A stretch of DNA of 64,000 nucleotides from Octopus vulgaris (lineage: Eukaryota). A program made the translations under genes and the position numbers. The stretch lies in assembly GCA_951406725.2 (NCBI GenBank), contig OX597831.1, forward strand, positions 1,798,001-1,862,000, written 5' to 3'. This document shows, in pieces, positions 12,447 through 25,292 of the stretch; within the stretch, counting starts at the first letter, position 1; every line of letters begins with the position of its first letter. The notes beneath the pieces are model-generated. The model was not told the DNA's origin. It saw only the letters and a list, made by a program, of their open reading frames with translations, and did not search any database.

Positions 12447-13012
12447 TGTTTATATGTATGTGTACACCCACACATAGTCATATATACACATGTATGTGTA
12501 TGTATAAATGTATATACATGTATGTGTGTGTGTTAAATGTAAGATCTAACCCACCTCTTTCTATTCATTATACCTACACCACCCTCACCACAACAATGCA
12601 GAAGGTTACAAAACAAAAGCTTATATTTCAGTCTCTGGATCTTAATTTCTCTAGTGTTTATATAGGGCTCCTCTCTTGTTCTCACTTCAACCACCCCACC
12701 TTCCCCCACCCCCCAGCTCAGCTGAAACACACCATTATCATGGATAAACTTGTTCAGGCTGTAAATCAATAGTGTTTGATGGGTAAACTACTTTTGGGGC
12801 CCAGTTGTTGTTGTTACTAATGACTCAAACGAAGAGATCAGTACTTCTTTGGTTTGTTAACATAAAGCGAAATCTACTTTAACTTAAAACAACACAACTC
12901 CTTCAAAACTATCCATTCACTTCGAGTCTCCAACTGGTTGAACCAGCCAAGGTGGGCTTATGTGGTTATTCGACCTGCTAGAAATAACAGTCGAATTTCT
13001 CAGTTCGCACTC

Positions 13013-13246
13013 TTATTTCTTTATTGCCCACAAGGGGCTAAAGATAGAGGGGACAAACAAAGACAGACAAGGGGATTAAGTTGATTACATCCACCCCAGT
13101 GTGTAACTGGTACTTAATTTATTGACCCCGAAAAAATGAAAGGCAAAGTCGACCTTGGCGGAATTTGAACTCAGAATGTAACAGCTGACGAAATACTGCT
13201 AAGCATTTCGCCCGGCGTGCTAACGTTTCTGCCAGCTTGCTGCCTT
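13013..13246 (-). mobile_element. SINE family A (antisense)
   Basis: Reverse complement of family A. Confidence 0.85.
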
Positions 13247-14703
13247 CAGTTCTACTCTTCTCTCAGTCGAGAGGTCTTTGTCATGTAAGTTACTTTTAGT
13301 GGCCTTGCTGGTGTTGGTGTCACATAAAAAGCATCCAATACACTAAAGTGGTTAGCATTAGGAAGGGCATCCAGAAACTCTGCCAAAGCAGACAGTAGAG
13401 CTTGGTGCAGTCTTCTGGCTTGCCAGTTCCTGTCAGACTATCCTATCCAGCCCATGCTAGCATGGAAAGCAGACATTAAATGACGATAATGATGATGATA
13501 TTGCAATTTAGTGTTAGGTTTTCTTTCATGGCCGTATTTATCAGATCTTAGATCTATAGTTATATCCAAACAAATTAACTATGCTTAGATTCATATCTAC
13601 CATGATCTTTAAATCTCATTATGAATATGTTGAATTTTCTTAACAGCTTATAAACTGTTGGCTGATATTTATAGTCTTTGTTTGTCAGTTTTTATTTTGT
13701 TTTTTATTTAAATAAATATATTGACCTTCTCTGTGCCAACGATAATATTTAGATTAACGATTAGTATCTTTTTAATTTTATTTCCCTCCTTTGTAAATTC
13801 ACCATTTTGATTTCCCACACTACTTTTGATAAGAAAAGAAATAACTTTGTGCGCATCACAATTTATTCCATAACATTAAGAGCCTTATATTAACTTTAAT
13901 ATCAACATACTTAAAAATGTGCATATGGAAAATAAATCTAGCAGAAGTGCAGTTAATGAGAGAGAATTCCTTCAGTCCATCCTCTCATAGCAATCACTTA
14001 ACTCCTTCCTGGAACCTTCCAATTTCCCCATAAGTGTGCTAAATTTTTTCCCAGATTAAGAATTGCACTTTTGGAGAAGTTGATTTATTCATCATCATCA
14101 AGGTTTTGAGCTGACAGAATCATTAACATTCCAGACAAAATACTTAGTGGCTTTTCACCCATCCTTGTGTTCTAAGTTCAAATTCCCCTGAGGTCGACGT
14201 TGTCTTTCATCCTTTTGGGACCAATGAAACAAGTACAAGTTAAGCATTGAGGTCAATGTAATCAACTAGCTTCCTCCCTACAAATTTCAGGCCCCTTGTG
14301 CCTATAGTGAAAAGGGATATTATTAGGCAGTGAACTGACAGAATTGTTAGCACATAGGACAAAATGCTTAGCAGCATTTCTACCTTTTTTTTCTTTTTCT
14401 TTTTTTTTTTTTTTTTTTTTGCATTCTGAACTCAAATACTGCAAAGGTTAACATTGCCTTTTCTCCATTCAAGATTGGCAAAATAAAGTAACAGTCAAGT
14501 ACTGGGGGAGGGGGGGGTGTCAATGTAATCGACTTGCCACTCCCTTCAGAAATTGATGCCTACTGCCAAAATTATAAAGAATTATTATTGTTGTTTTCAT
14601 TTGATTTTGATAAAAAAAAAACAAAGGTCATGACATGACCTTTATTTCTATTTTGAGGATAAAACAGATGTTTAAAGACTTGAAGGCACACTGCAACTAG
14701 TAA

Positions 14704-14706
<3 letters not shown>

Positions 14707-14747
<41 letters not shown>

Positions 14748-14812
14748 TATATGTATATACACACACACACATATATATATACACACACACATATATATAC
14801 ACATATATATAT

Positions 14813-14859
<47 letters not shown>

Positions 14860-14950
14860 CATACACATATATATACATATATATATATATACACATATAT
14901 ATACACACACATATATATACTCATATATATAAACACACACATATATATAT

Positions 14951-15011
<61 letters not shown>

Positions 15012-15014
15012 CGC

Positions 15015-15077
<63 letters not shown>
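14707..15077. repeat. Compound (TA)n/(CA)n microsatellite
   Basis: Directly visible. Confidence 0.95.
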
Positions 15078-15079
<2 letters not shown>

Positions 15080-17434
15080 CTACTGAGAATAGTAAGTTTT
15101 ATAATAACTGAGAGATGATATCAGGTCTGTTTTGTTTCCTTTTTCTTTTAATACAATACATTGCATAACTTCTCTGAACTGGGATTCAGATTTCCCTGTA
15201 GCCTGTGGAATAGGGGTTTTCCCCTGCTAAACAAAACAACCTACTAAAATGTTTTACTATAATAAACTATATATTCTTTATTACATGGATATATGTATAC
15301 ACACTCACACATGCACACACACACGCATGTAGTGATGCATGTTGTGTAACAGTGATATTATTTCTCTTTAAATCCTTCCTAAAATTAGCACAGAAAACTC
15401 AAGCTTCGAAATTTTCCCAGAATAATGCATGAAGAAAAAAATGTCCCAGTCTTGAGGTGTCTTTGCAATAAAACAGGATTTCATTAAAGAAACATTGAAG
15501 GACTGCTTAGTTGTAATGGAGTGATAAACTCTCTCTCTCTCTTTTTCTCATCCATCCATACACACACACACTCTCAGAAATCAAAGTACTGGAACATTTA
15601 CTACAAGGCATGCCTTTATGATTCTGCCCCATCTTATCTAATAGTGATAGTAAATGTGTGTGTTTATGTATGTAGGTATATAATCATCTTCGTTATTTTA
15701 CATCTGCTTTCCAAGCGGAGGTGTAAGTTGGATGGGTCACCACAGTTTGGATCAGTTGATATTCAAGGGGTACTGCTCATCTTATTCACATTTCATTTTC
15801 GGCTTGCTTTGTATTGCTGGATGCCCTTCCTAACACCAACCACTTTACAGAGTGTACTGGGTGTGTTTTTCATTACACCAGCCATGGCACTTCACAATGC
15901 TGTGTGTCTACTTGCTCACCAACCTTTTTATGGGGTGAGAAACATGAATGATAGTGTTGGGATATGTGATAGGGAGGATCTGTGTTAATTTGTTATGAAA
16001 CCCTTGAACTGTATGAAACCATTAGTATCAATCTGAAATAAAATAATTTAATTTACACCTTATATTAATGATTATAAATCTTTTGGGCCATTAATTTCAT
16101 TAAAGACTTGAAGGCACACTGCAACTAATGCTATGGAAACTCAAATTATATGAAACCAGTGGTATGAGACCAATAATATATACTGGTCATATTAAGGCTG
16201 ATCTGTTAATTACATGCCTACACTATTTCTGTACATTATACATTCCCATGAATATAAATGCAGAGTATGATATTATATAAGCATAGCATACTAACATTCA
16301 TATATTCACAAGCAGTATTTCTTTTACATGGTTATATATTTACTGCATGGGAATAAGTGCCATATAGTGCCACTGTATGTATATGTGTGGACATATATAT
16401 ATAAATACAAAAATGCATGTATGTTGGTAAATGTATATATGTGAATGTATACATAACTGTTCATACATGTACATACAACAATACTTACTAACATATTTTG
16501 TACATTCATAATCTATTGGTTAGTGGGAGTGGATGAAGGGGAAAAAAAACTAAAATATTTAAACACATAATTCATATGCGTGCTGTGCAATAATGAAGTC
16601 AGTTTGGTTAGTGGAGACAGAGAAAGCCGTTTCTAATCACAGACGATGTCTTTTAAAGAGAGAAACCACGTCATCCGTTTTTGTGTCTGAACCCCTTGGA
16701 GGAAATCTTTAACAAATGTTGTAATCTTAATTGAGATCATCAAATTATGGGAGATTACTATCACTGTTCCTTTTAAGAACTTCAGAGAACTTTTTAGAAA
16801 TGGTTAGGTTAGTGGTAGGTGTGTAGTGTGTGCAACAAGAGACATATAGGGGATTTGAATTCTTTGTGGGGTTTTGGGAAGGAGGGAAGGGGGCAGATTG
16901 TTGTTATTTTATTTTTTTTTTTTGCCAATGGGTTGGTGGTAGAATTTATTGTGCTTCATAGTTACTTTGTTACTTGGAGTATAACAGATTAAGGCAATCC
17001 CAGCTACTAAGAAACATTTGTATTTTAGGTATCTGATAGGATGGTGGTGGTGGTGGTGCTTGCTGGTTTTCATACAGAGGACAGAAAAGGGAGAGAGAGA
17101 GCGAGAGGAGGTGTTCGGAATAACCTCTTCCTTTTTCCTTCCCTTCCAGCCATTATGTAACATTGTTCTCCTTTCAAATGAAATAAACCCTTACCAGATG
17201 TTGTTATCTGATAAACGTAAGATTCCCTATCATCATCATCTTTGTCATCATTACATAAATTAGACTTTTCTTTTTCTTTTGTGTGTGTGTGTGTGTGTTT
17301 TCCAGTAGACATAGACACTACATTAGCATAAGTATGGTGTCATAATTAGTAAATAATTAATATTATATTTGGGTGGGGTGTGACTGCAAGAAATTATGAT
17401 TGATAATTATTTTGTCTGTGAAATGTATATATAT

Positions 17435-17668
17435 TGTGGAGGCGCAATGGCCTAGTGGTTAGGGCAGCGGACTTGCGGTCGGAGGATCGCGGTTTCGATT
17501 CCCAGACCGGGCGTTGTGTGTGTTTATTGAGCGAAAAAACACCTAAAAGCTCCACGAGGCTCCGGCAGGAGGTGGTGATCCCTGCTATACTCTTTCACCA
17601 CTCTAAAGGCGGTGCTCCAGCATGGCCGCAGTCAAATGACTGAAACAAGTACAAAAAAAAAAAAAAAT
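17435..17668 (+). mobile_element. SINE family D: strongly tRNA-like head, family B-type 3' tail and poly(A)
   Basis: A box tggcctagtggttagg, B box ggtttcgattccc. The tail taaaggcggtgctccagcatggccgcagtcaaatgactgaaacaagta is identical to family B. Confidence 0.8.
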
Positions 17669-17983
17669 ACAATTACACAAAGAAATACTTGGATTTACTC
17701 ATGCATGTGTGTATCTGTATTACGCACGTGTGTGTACATTGTGTGTATACACATACATACACGCACACGCATATATTAAACAGTCATAGCTGAGATAGAC
17801 TAAACCATCTCCAATAATTTAATCAATCTTATGAACCACAGTAATTATTTCAGTGTGCTAGTTATTTTGTCAGTCTCTGTTGAACTACTAGCTTATGCGA
17901 CATACAAGGATAATGACATAACATGAACAACACTGACCCAAATTTCTTTTTTGTATGATAAGCATCGGCACAGTTTCCTATTT

Positions 17984-18203
17984 CTTTATTGCCCACAAGG
18001 GGCTACACACAGAACGGACTAACAAGGACAAACAAACGGATTAAGTCGATTATATCGACCCCAGTGTGTAACTGGTATTTATTTAATCGATTCCGAAAGG
18101 ATGAAAGGCAAAGTCGACCTTGGCGGAATTTGAACTCAGAACGTAGCGGCAGACAAAAGGCCGTTAAGCATTTCGCCCAGCATGCTAACATTTCTGCCAG
18201 CTG
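17984..18203 (-). mobile_element. SINE family A (antisense)
   Basis: Reverse complement of family A. Confidence 0.85.
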
Positions 18204-20579
18204 ACCGCATCGGTGTGCTAACGTCTCGGCCAGCTGATGTCACCTGTGCTGGTACCATGTGAAAAGCACTCCATCCTTTCCATGGGGTGGTTGGTGTTGG
18301 GAAGGGCATGCAACTGTAAAAACCATGCCAAAACAGACACAGCAGCCTGGTGTAGTCTTCTCCCTGGCCGGCTCCTGTCAAACCATCCAACACATGCCAG
18401 CATGGAAGGTGAATGTTAAACAATGATCATGATGATGATGTTTGTGTTGTTTAACCCCAAGTTCACTCTGACTGAGCAGATTTGTAATCAAAAATATTCC
18501 AACCATGACCATTCCATCGTTTTTTCTTTGTCAGTCACAGTGTATCTAGGATCAAATTATTCAATGTGTCCTATTTTATTAAGGCATCACACGATTCTGC
18601 TGCAGTTTCTAGTTTTCAAGCAAACTCATAGAGGCTTCCTCGTGGGCTTTCATTTGTAGATTGAGTGGACCTATGGCCAAATAGATTCCATCTATGGCCA
18701 CTTTATTTTAATGGTCGGCATTAGGAAGGGCATCCAGCTGTAGAAACCATGCCAAATCAGATTGGAAGTTTGTGCAACTCCCCAACTTACCAGCTTTCAG
18801 TCCAACCATCCAACCCATGCCAGCATGAAAAACGGATGTTAAATGATGATGATAATGACTCTAGATGTACTTTATCCAGTGTAAACTTCCTTTTTTTTAT
18901 TTTCTTAAAATAGCAGTGTGTGATTTTTTAATGGTTTGACTGCTGCTTCTAGCCTGCCAAGTAACTACATGGAACCTCTTTTGTTACTATGAATTATAGA
19001 AATTTTCACTGAGGTAGTGTGGGCGTGGCTGCTCTGCTCCACTCATTTGAATCATGCCATAACAACTGCTGTTACAACAATAACAACAAACTTTTAAATT
19101 ATTTTATTCATGTCAGCCTGAAATAGGTGTTTTGACAATATTTTAGTTTATTATTATCATTATTATTGTTGATGTTATCACTAAAGAATGTTTTTAATCG
19201 TCAAAATCCTGTCCCTTGGCCATCCGGCATGCTGCTGTTGCTGTTAAGTATCCGATATCCTATTTGCTATGCACCTGCTGTGATATATCATGTTATAACC
19301 ATCAAGTTGTTAGCATTGAATATCCATTATGTATGCTTTACTTGGAGATTAGATAAGTTCCATTGCTTGTGATTTGATATATAACTATATCACTGACCTT
19401 TGCTTTTAGTGAACATGCAGTTGCTTGATGGAGATGGAAATAAGTATTAGGGACTAGGGGTACACTAAGGTCCAAGAGATTAAAGTCGATTAAAGTCTTA
19501 ATCTAAAGTGGGATTAGACCAGTCAGAGGCAACCTTTGGTCTGAGGGGCTTTATGAGTGGTATACCAACAAAAAAATTAACTTGAATTTTTTTGGTAGTG
19601 CAGCTTGCTTAATAATGAGCAATGTCTCCTGCAGCCCCTTCTCACTAAAGATTGCCCATGCCTGGATTAGATGTTATAAGCTGCTCCTCTCTCTCTCTCT
19701 CTCTCTCTCTCTGAGAGCTGAAAAGTAGGAGAATACCATACCCATGCATAACTTCCCCCTGTATCTGCCCCTACCATTTTCATCACTGTTGCTCAAATAA
19801 GAAAGGAATAGAAGGGAGCAGTTTTGTTTTTATAAACAAAATGTGTTTGTGGGGTTTACTTTCCCTATACAAAAAGCAGACTGGGTGATACATGTAAAGA
19901 AGCATGGTGCTATGTGGCAGTGAGACATAGGTTTTTAAAAAAAAAAAAGAGAGAAAATTCTTTATGGTTTAGTCACAGGAGGAAGGGCTGCCCCCATAAC
20001 TGTTTTTACAGGGTAGGAGCTCTGAGACTTAAGGAGTTAGGGTAAAAAAAAACAAAAAAAAAAATATGACTCAGAGGCAGTTTGTGTAAGAGGCTTCTTC
20101 GTAGTCTCTGTCTACTCAATTCTTTTTTAATGCAAGAGGCAATTTTTATGAGGTGTTTGTAGAAATTGTGATGCATTATAGTATTGATATATAGAGAACA
20201 TATTTGGTTTAGTCATCTGATGAATCTATGGCTCTCAATCATAAAGTCTTGGGTTCAATTCCCAGTCTAGGAGGTGTATTGTGTCTGGACAAAGTATATT
20301 ATTTCATGTTGCTTTAGTCCACTCAACTAGTAAAAATGGGTTTTAGACTGACAGATCACTTGGTCAATGTTACAGCATTAACAAGTCAATGGTGTGACCA
20401 AAACAATGTCAGGTCAGGCATAAAAAAGAATATGTCCAGCAATGCATCAACGATGCATGTCTTTACCATTCACCCTTTATAGTAATGAAGTACAAGTTGA
20501 AGCTGTGGAGGACTACTGTGTGGTGTGGTACTGTATAGTATTGGGTGTAAATGTAGAGTATAGACTATACATGGCACTC

Positions 20580-20880
20580 CCTGGCATTCTGTTGGTTATG
20601 GTGACTAGTGTTCCAGTTGATCCGATCAGTGGAACAGCCTGCTCATAGAATTAACATGCAAGTGACCAATGTGTTCCCTTATTGTAGTTCTTGGGGAGAT
20701 TCAGCATAAGTCAGAGTGACAGAGATGGCCCTTTGAATTACAGGTACAACTCGTCTTTGCCAGCTGAATAGACTGAAACAACATGAAATAAAGTGTCTTG
20801 CCCAAGGACACGACGTGCCGCCTGAAATCGAACTCACGACCTTACGATTGTCAGCTGAATACCCTAACCACTAAGCCACA
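20580..20880 (-). mobile_element. SINE family E (tRNA head + CORE-like block); related copies at about 43890-44150 (+) and 62212-62470 (+)
   Basis: On the minus strand: gtggcttagtggttagg...gagttcgatttc...gtgtccttgggcaagacacttt. Confidence 0.75.
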
Positions 20881-21020
20881 CTCTTAGACTTATATGATGT
20901 GGGATTATAAAGGAGTGAAACATGGATTTTGAATGCTGAAGACTTTATGTGATGTGGTACTGTATAGAATAGGGTGTGTGAGTGTGGACTGTCTATATGT
21001 GGTATAGTGGTGAAACATGA

Positions 21021-21377
21021 ACAGGCGCAGGAGTGGCTGTGTGGTAAGTAGCTTGTTTATCAACCACATGGTTCCGGGTTCAGTCCCACTGCATGGCACC
21101 TTGGGCAAGTGTCTTCTACTGTAGCCTCGGGCCGACCAAAGCCTTGTGAGTGGATTTGGTAGACGGAAACTGAAAGAAGCCCATCGTATGTCCCCCTGGC
21201 ATTGCTTCACAACTGATGCTGGTGTGTTTATGTCCCCGTCATTTAGCGGTTCAGCAAAAGAGACTGATAGAATAAGTCCTGGGCTTACAAAGAATAAGTC
21301 TCGGGGTCGAGTTGCTCGATTAAAGGCGGTGCTCCAGCATGGCCGCAGTCAAATGAATGAAACAAGTAAAAGAGTAA
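21021..21377 (+). mobile_element. SINE family B (CORE-type)
   Basis: gtggctgtgtggtaag head, ggttcagtccc B box, CORE-like accttgggcaagtg, shared tail. Confidence 0.85.
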
Positions 21378-21928
21378 TATGGGATATCAAATGTGAAATG
21401 GCATGATAGTGAAACGTGGACTATGAATATAGTGATGGGGACTACATGTCATGTGATATAGTAGTGAAATACAGGCTGTGAATGTGGGGGCCAGTAGTGA
21501 AAAAATGGGCTTTGAATATAGTGCTGGGAACTACAGGTCTTGTTGTAAAGTAGTGAAACATGAACTGTGAATGTGAGAACCAATATGTGGTGTGGGTCTG
21601 TATAGAATGGAATGTGAATGTGGAAGACTACGAGTGTTGTGGTATTGTATCATTGTGAAAAACGTACTGTGAATATGGTAGAGGTGTGGTTCCATAGTGA
21701 AATATCTGCTATGGATATGATGGTTGTTGTAGCTGATTATTCCTAGGTCAGAAAAGATCAAAATATTTCAACCATGACCATCCCATCTTTTCCCTGAGTG
21801 CAATGAATCCAAGATCACATTGTCCAATGTATCATTTCTTTAAGACTGTAGGGTGTGATTTGACTGCTAGGTTTTGCAAGCTGAGCAACCAAATACAAGC
21901 TTGTTCTTTGTCCTGAAATATTCTCATT

Positions 21929-22065
21929 GACCATGTGACCTGGAATAATATTTACGATTTCAAAATCATGTGACTCGGGGGTAATGTCAATGACCTCAAG
22001 ATCGTGTGACTTGGTAGTAATATTGACAACTTCAAGATCATGTGACCTGGTGGTAATGTCGAAGG
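21929..22065. repeat. 36-bp minisatellite, about 4 diverged units
   Basis: catgtgac/cgtgtgac cores at 21932, 21967, 22003 and 22039. Confidence 0.8.
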
Positions 22066-22411
22066 CTTTAAAATTTAAAGTTATGAGCAGTGAACTGGAA
22101 TTGTGGAATGTTTTTGAGGTTATTTGACTGTTATTTCTAGTGGACTGAGTGTCCTGGTAGAAGCTCTTTTGTTGTTTTTTTTTCCTGTATCACTCGTTAT
22201 TTAGTCCTAGATCAGAGGTAGTATGAGCTAGCAGAATCATTAGAGCATCAGAAATAAAACGCTTCAAAGCATCTGTTCTGACTCTATATCCTGAGTTCAA
22301 ATTCTGCCAAGGTCAACTTTGCCATTCATCGCTTGTATTGACTACTTTTTCCTCCATCAAAACTGCTGGCCTTGTTCTTGAGTAACAAACCATTTAGTCA
22401 CCAGTCAGACA

Positions 22412-23080
22412 AACTGACCCTCAATCAAAAGATAGGTACTCCAACTATGACCATCCCACCTTTTTCCATTGTGCAGGGAACCTAGAACCACATTATCTGT
22501 CTTTTTGTAAAGATGGAACAATATGATTTGAGGTAGATTTAGCTGCTATTTCTAGAGATGGAGTGACCACATAGAGGCTCCCTCAGCGTCTCACAGGCTG
22601 ACACTGATACACAGTCATTGTCCTAGTGGAGGGTTTTATCCATTAAATCAACCCTCAGCACATAACAAACAAGAAAGATTCGGCTCCTGTTTCTAGCAGA
22701 CCGAATGACTATGTACACGTTCTTTTGGTTACTAGTGTGACTTAACTGACCCTCAATCAAAAGATAGGTACTCCAACCATGACCATCCCACCTTTTTCCA
22801 TTGTGCAGGGAACCTAGAACCACATTATCTGTCTTTTGTAAAAATGGAACAATATGATTTGAGGGAGATTTAGCTGCTATTTCTAGAGATGGAGTGACCA
22901 CATAGAGGCTCCCTCAGCGGCTCACAGATAGGCTGACACTGATACACAGTCATTGTCCTAGTGGAGGGTTTTATCCATTAAATCAACCCTCAGCACATAA
23001 CAAACAAGAAAGATTCGGTTCCTGTTTCTAGCAGACCGAATGACCATGTACATGTTCTTTTGGTTACTAGTGTGACTTAA
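22412..23080. repeat. Recent tandem duplication with a 332-bp unit
   Basis: 22412-22743 and 22744-23080 are near-identical (a few substitutions and one 4-bp indel). Confidence 0.95.
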
Positions 23081-23379
23081 TCATCAATAAACTTTGGGTG
23101 TTCAAAGTCATGTGAACCAGTTCAATTCTGAGTAGCAGCTGCAATTTCACTTTATACATCTGTTTGGTTTATATATATAAAGAGACGGTGGGTGGGAAGG
23201 GATGGTAGATGAAGCAGCGATTATTACCAGTCTGTCAGCATTCATTACTAATAGCTGCAACATGGGTGGGAGGGGATCGGGGATGTCTGTAACCCTACTT
23301 CTCTGACTTCACCGACATGCACCAAAACATTTAACTCATTCCCAGTTGCCAAAGATTTCCAAATGTTCTTAATAGTAAT

Positions 23380-23603
23380 AATAATAATCTAATTTTCGCT
23401 CAAGGTCAGCAGCTTTGAGCTGGGGGTGTTAGCTGATTATATCGACCCCTAGTGTTCAGCTGGTACTTATTCTATTGACATTGAAAGGATGAAAAGGCAA
23501 AGTCAACCATGGCTAAATTTGAACTCTGAACACTTAAGAGACGAAAAAATGTTGCTAAGCATTTTATCTGCCTTAGTAATGAGTCTGTCAGTCTATAGTA
23601 GAA

Positions 23604-23638
<35 letters not shown>

Positions 23639-24000
23639 GGTGGCAAGTTGGCACAATCATTAGCATGCTGGGCAAAATGCTTAGCAGTATTGCATCTGGC
23701 TTTGAGTTCAGGTTCTACCATGGTCAACTGTACCTTTCATCCTTTCAGGGTCAATAAAATAAGTACCAGTTGAATACTGGGGTCAATGTAACTGCCTACC
23801 TCTGCCCTTAAAATTTCAGGCCTTGTGCCTGTAGCAGAAAGAATTATTATTATTATTATTATTATTATTACATTCAGTCATTACATTCTGAGTTCAAATT
23901 CAACCAAGGTCGATAAAATAAGAACCAGTTTGACACTGGGCTCGATGTAATCAAATTACTTCTTTCTCCAAACTTGCTGGCCTTGTGCCAAAATTTGAGA

Positions 24001-24035
<35 letters not shown>

Positions 24036-24490
24036 ATTATTAAGGCGGAGAGCTGGCAGAATCGTTAGCACGCTGGATGAAATGCTTAGAGGTATTTCCC
24101 CTGTTGCTATGTTCTGAGTTCAAATTCTGCCAAGGTTGACTTTGCCTTTCATCCTTTTGGGGTTGATAAATTACTAGTGAAACACTGGGGTCAAAATAAT
24201 CGACTAGTCCCCTCCTCCAAGTTTCAGGCCTTTTGCTTATAGTAGAAAGTATTATTATTATTATTATTAAGAAGTTGGTGTATTGTCACTGTCATTTGAG
24301 TATCAAACAAAATCCCTTGAAGTATTTTAATTACAACTCTTTCTGTTTTGGGTTCAAGTCTCACCAAGGTTAGCTTTACTCACCCTTATGTGGTCAATAA
24401 AATAACGTACCCATCAAATACTAGGGTCAGTGATATCAACAAGCCTCCTCCCCTCAAAATTGCTAGCCTTGTGCTTAAATTAGAAATAAT
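23380..24490. mobile_element. Cluster of older family A-related SINEs separated by (ATT)n tracts
   Basis: Repeated gagttcaaatt...cctttcatccttt...aagtaccag blocks at about 23420 (-), 23640, 23880, 24045 and 24345 (+). Confidence 0.75.
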
Positions 24491-24671
24491 AAAAATATGT
24501 GAAAATGAACCACCTTTTATGTTACTTATTAGTAAAATGGACCCTCCTAAGAAGTGTGTGTGTGTGTGTGTTTAGCTTCTCATCACTTGACCCAAAGCCA
24601 TTTCCCTCAATACTACTTTTTCCATTAGTTGAGTAGTCTTTGTCTTGCAAGTGACTTGGTGACCATGGTAC

Positions 24672-25292
24672 TCATCATCATCATCATCGTTTAACGTCCG
24701 CTTTCCATGCTAGCATGGGTTGGACGATTTGACTGAGGTCTGGCGAACCAGATGGCTACACCAGGCTCCAGTCTGATCTGGCAGAGTTTCTACAGCTGGA
24801 TGCCCTTCCTAACGCCAACCACTCCGAGTGTATAGTGGGTGCTTTTATGTGCCACTGGCACGAGGGCCAGTCAAGCGGTACCATGTAAAATGCATGCAGT
24901 ACACTCTGTAAACTAGTTGGCATTAGGAAGGGTGTCCAGTCATAGAAACCATGCCAAAGCAGATAGTAGAGCTTGGTGGAAACGTTAGCATGCCGGGCGA
25001 AATGCTTAGCAGTATTTCGTCTGCGTTACGTTGTGAGTTCAAATTCCGCCGAGGTCGACTTTGCCTTTCATCCTTTCGGGGTCGATAAATTAAGTACCAG
25101 TTACGCACTGGGGTCGATGTAATCGACTTAATACCTATGTCTGTCCTTGTTTGTCCTCTCTGTGTTTAGCCCCTTGTGGGTAATAAAGAAATAGATAGTA
25201 GAGCTTGGTACAGTCCTCTGGCTTGCCAGTTCCTGTTAAAACTGCCCAACCCATGCCAGCATAGAAAAACAGACATCAAATGATGATGATGT
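24672..25292. mobile_element. Nest: family C (-) next to family C (+), which contains a family A copy (24978-25192)
   Basis: The family A insert is flanked by the TSD agatagtagagcttggt. Confidence 0.8.

Noticed and set aside
16666-16673. Single TGACGTGG (UPRE/CRE-like) site on the minus strand
   Set aside because: One 8-mer in 64 kb is expected by chance.
17438-17512. tRNA gene
   Set aside because: A and B boxes are present, but the sequence continues into a SINE body, tail and poly(A), and has no clean acceptor stem. It is a tRNA-derived SINE head, as are the heads of families A, B, E, F and G.
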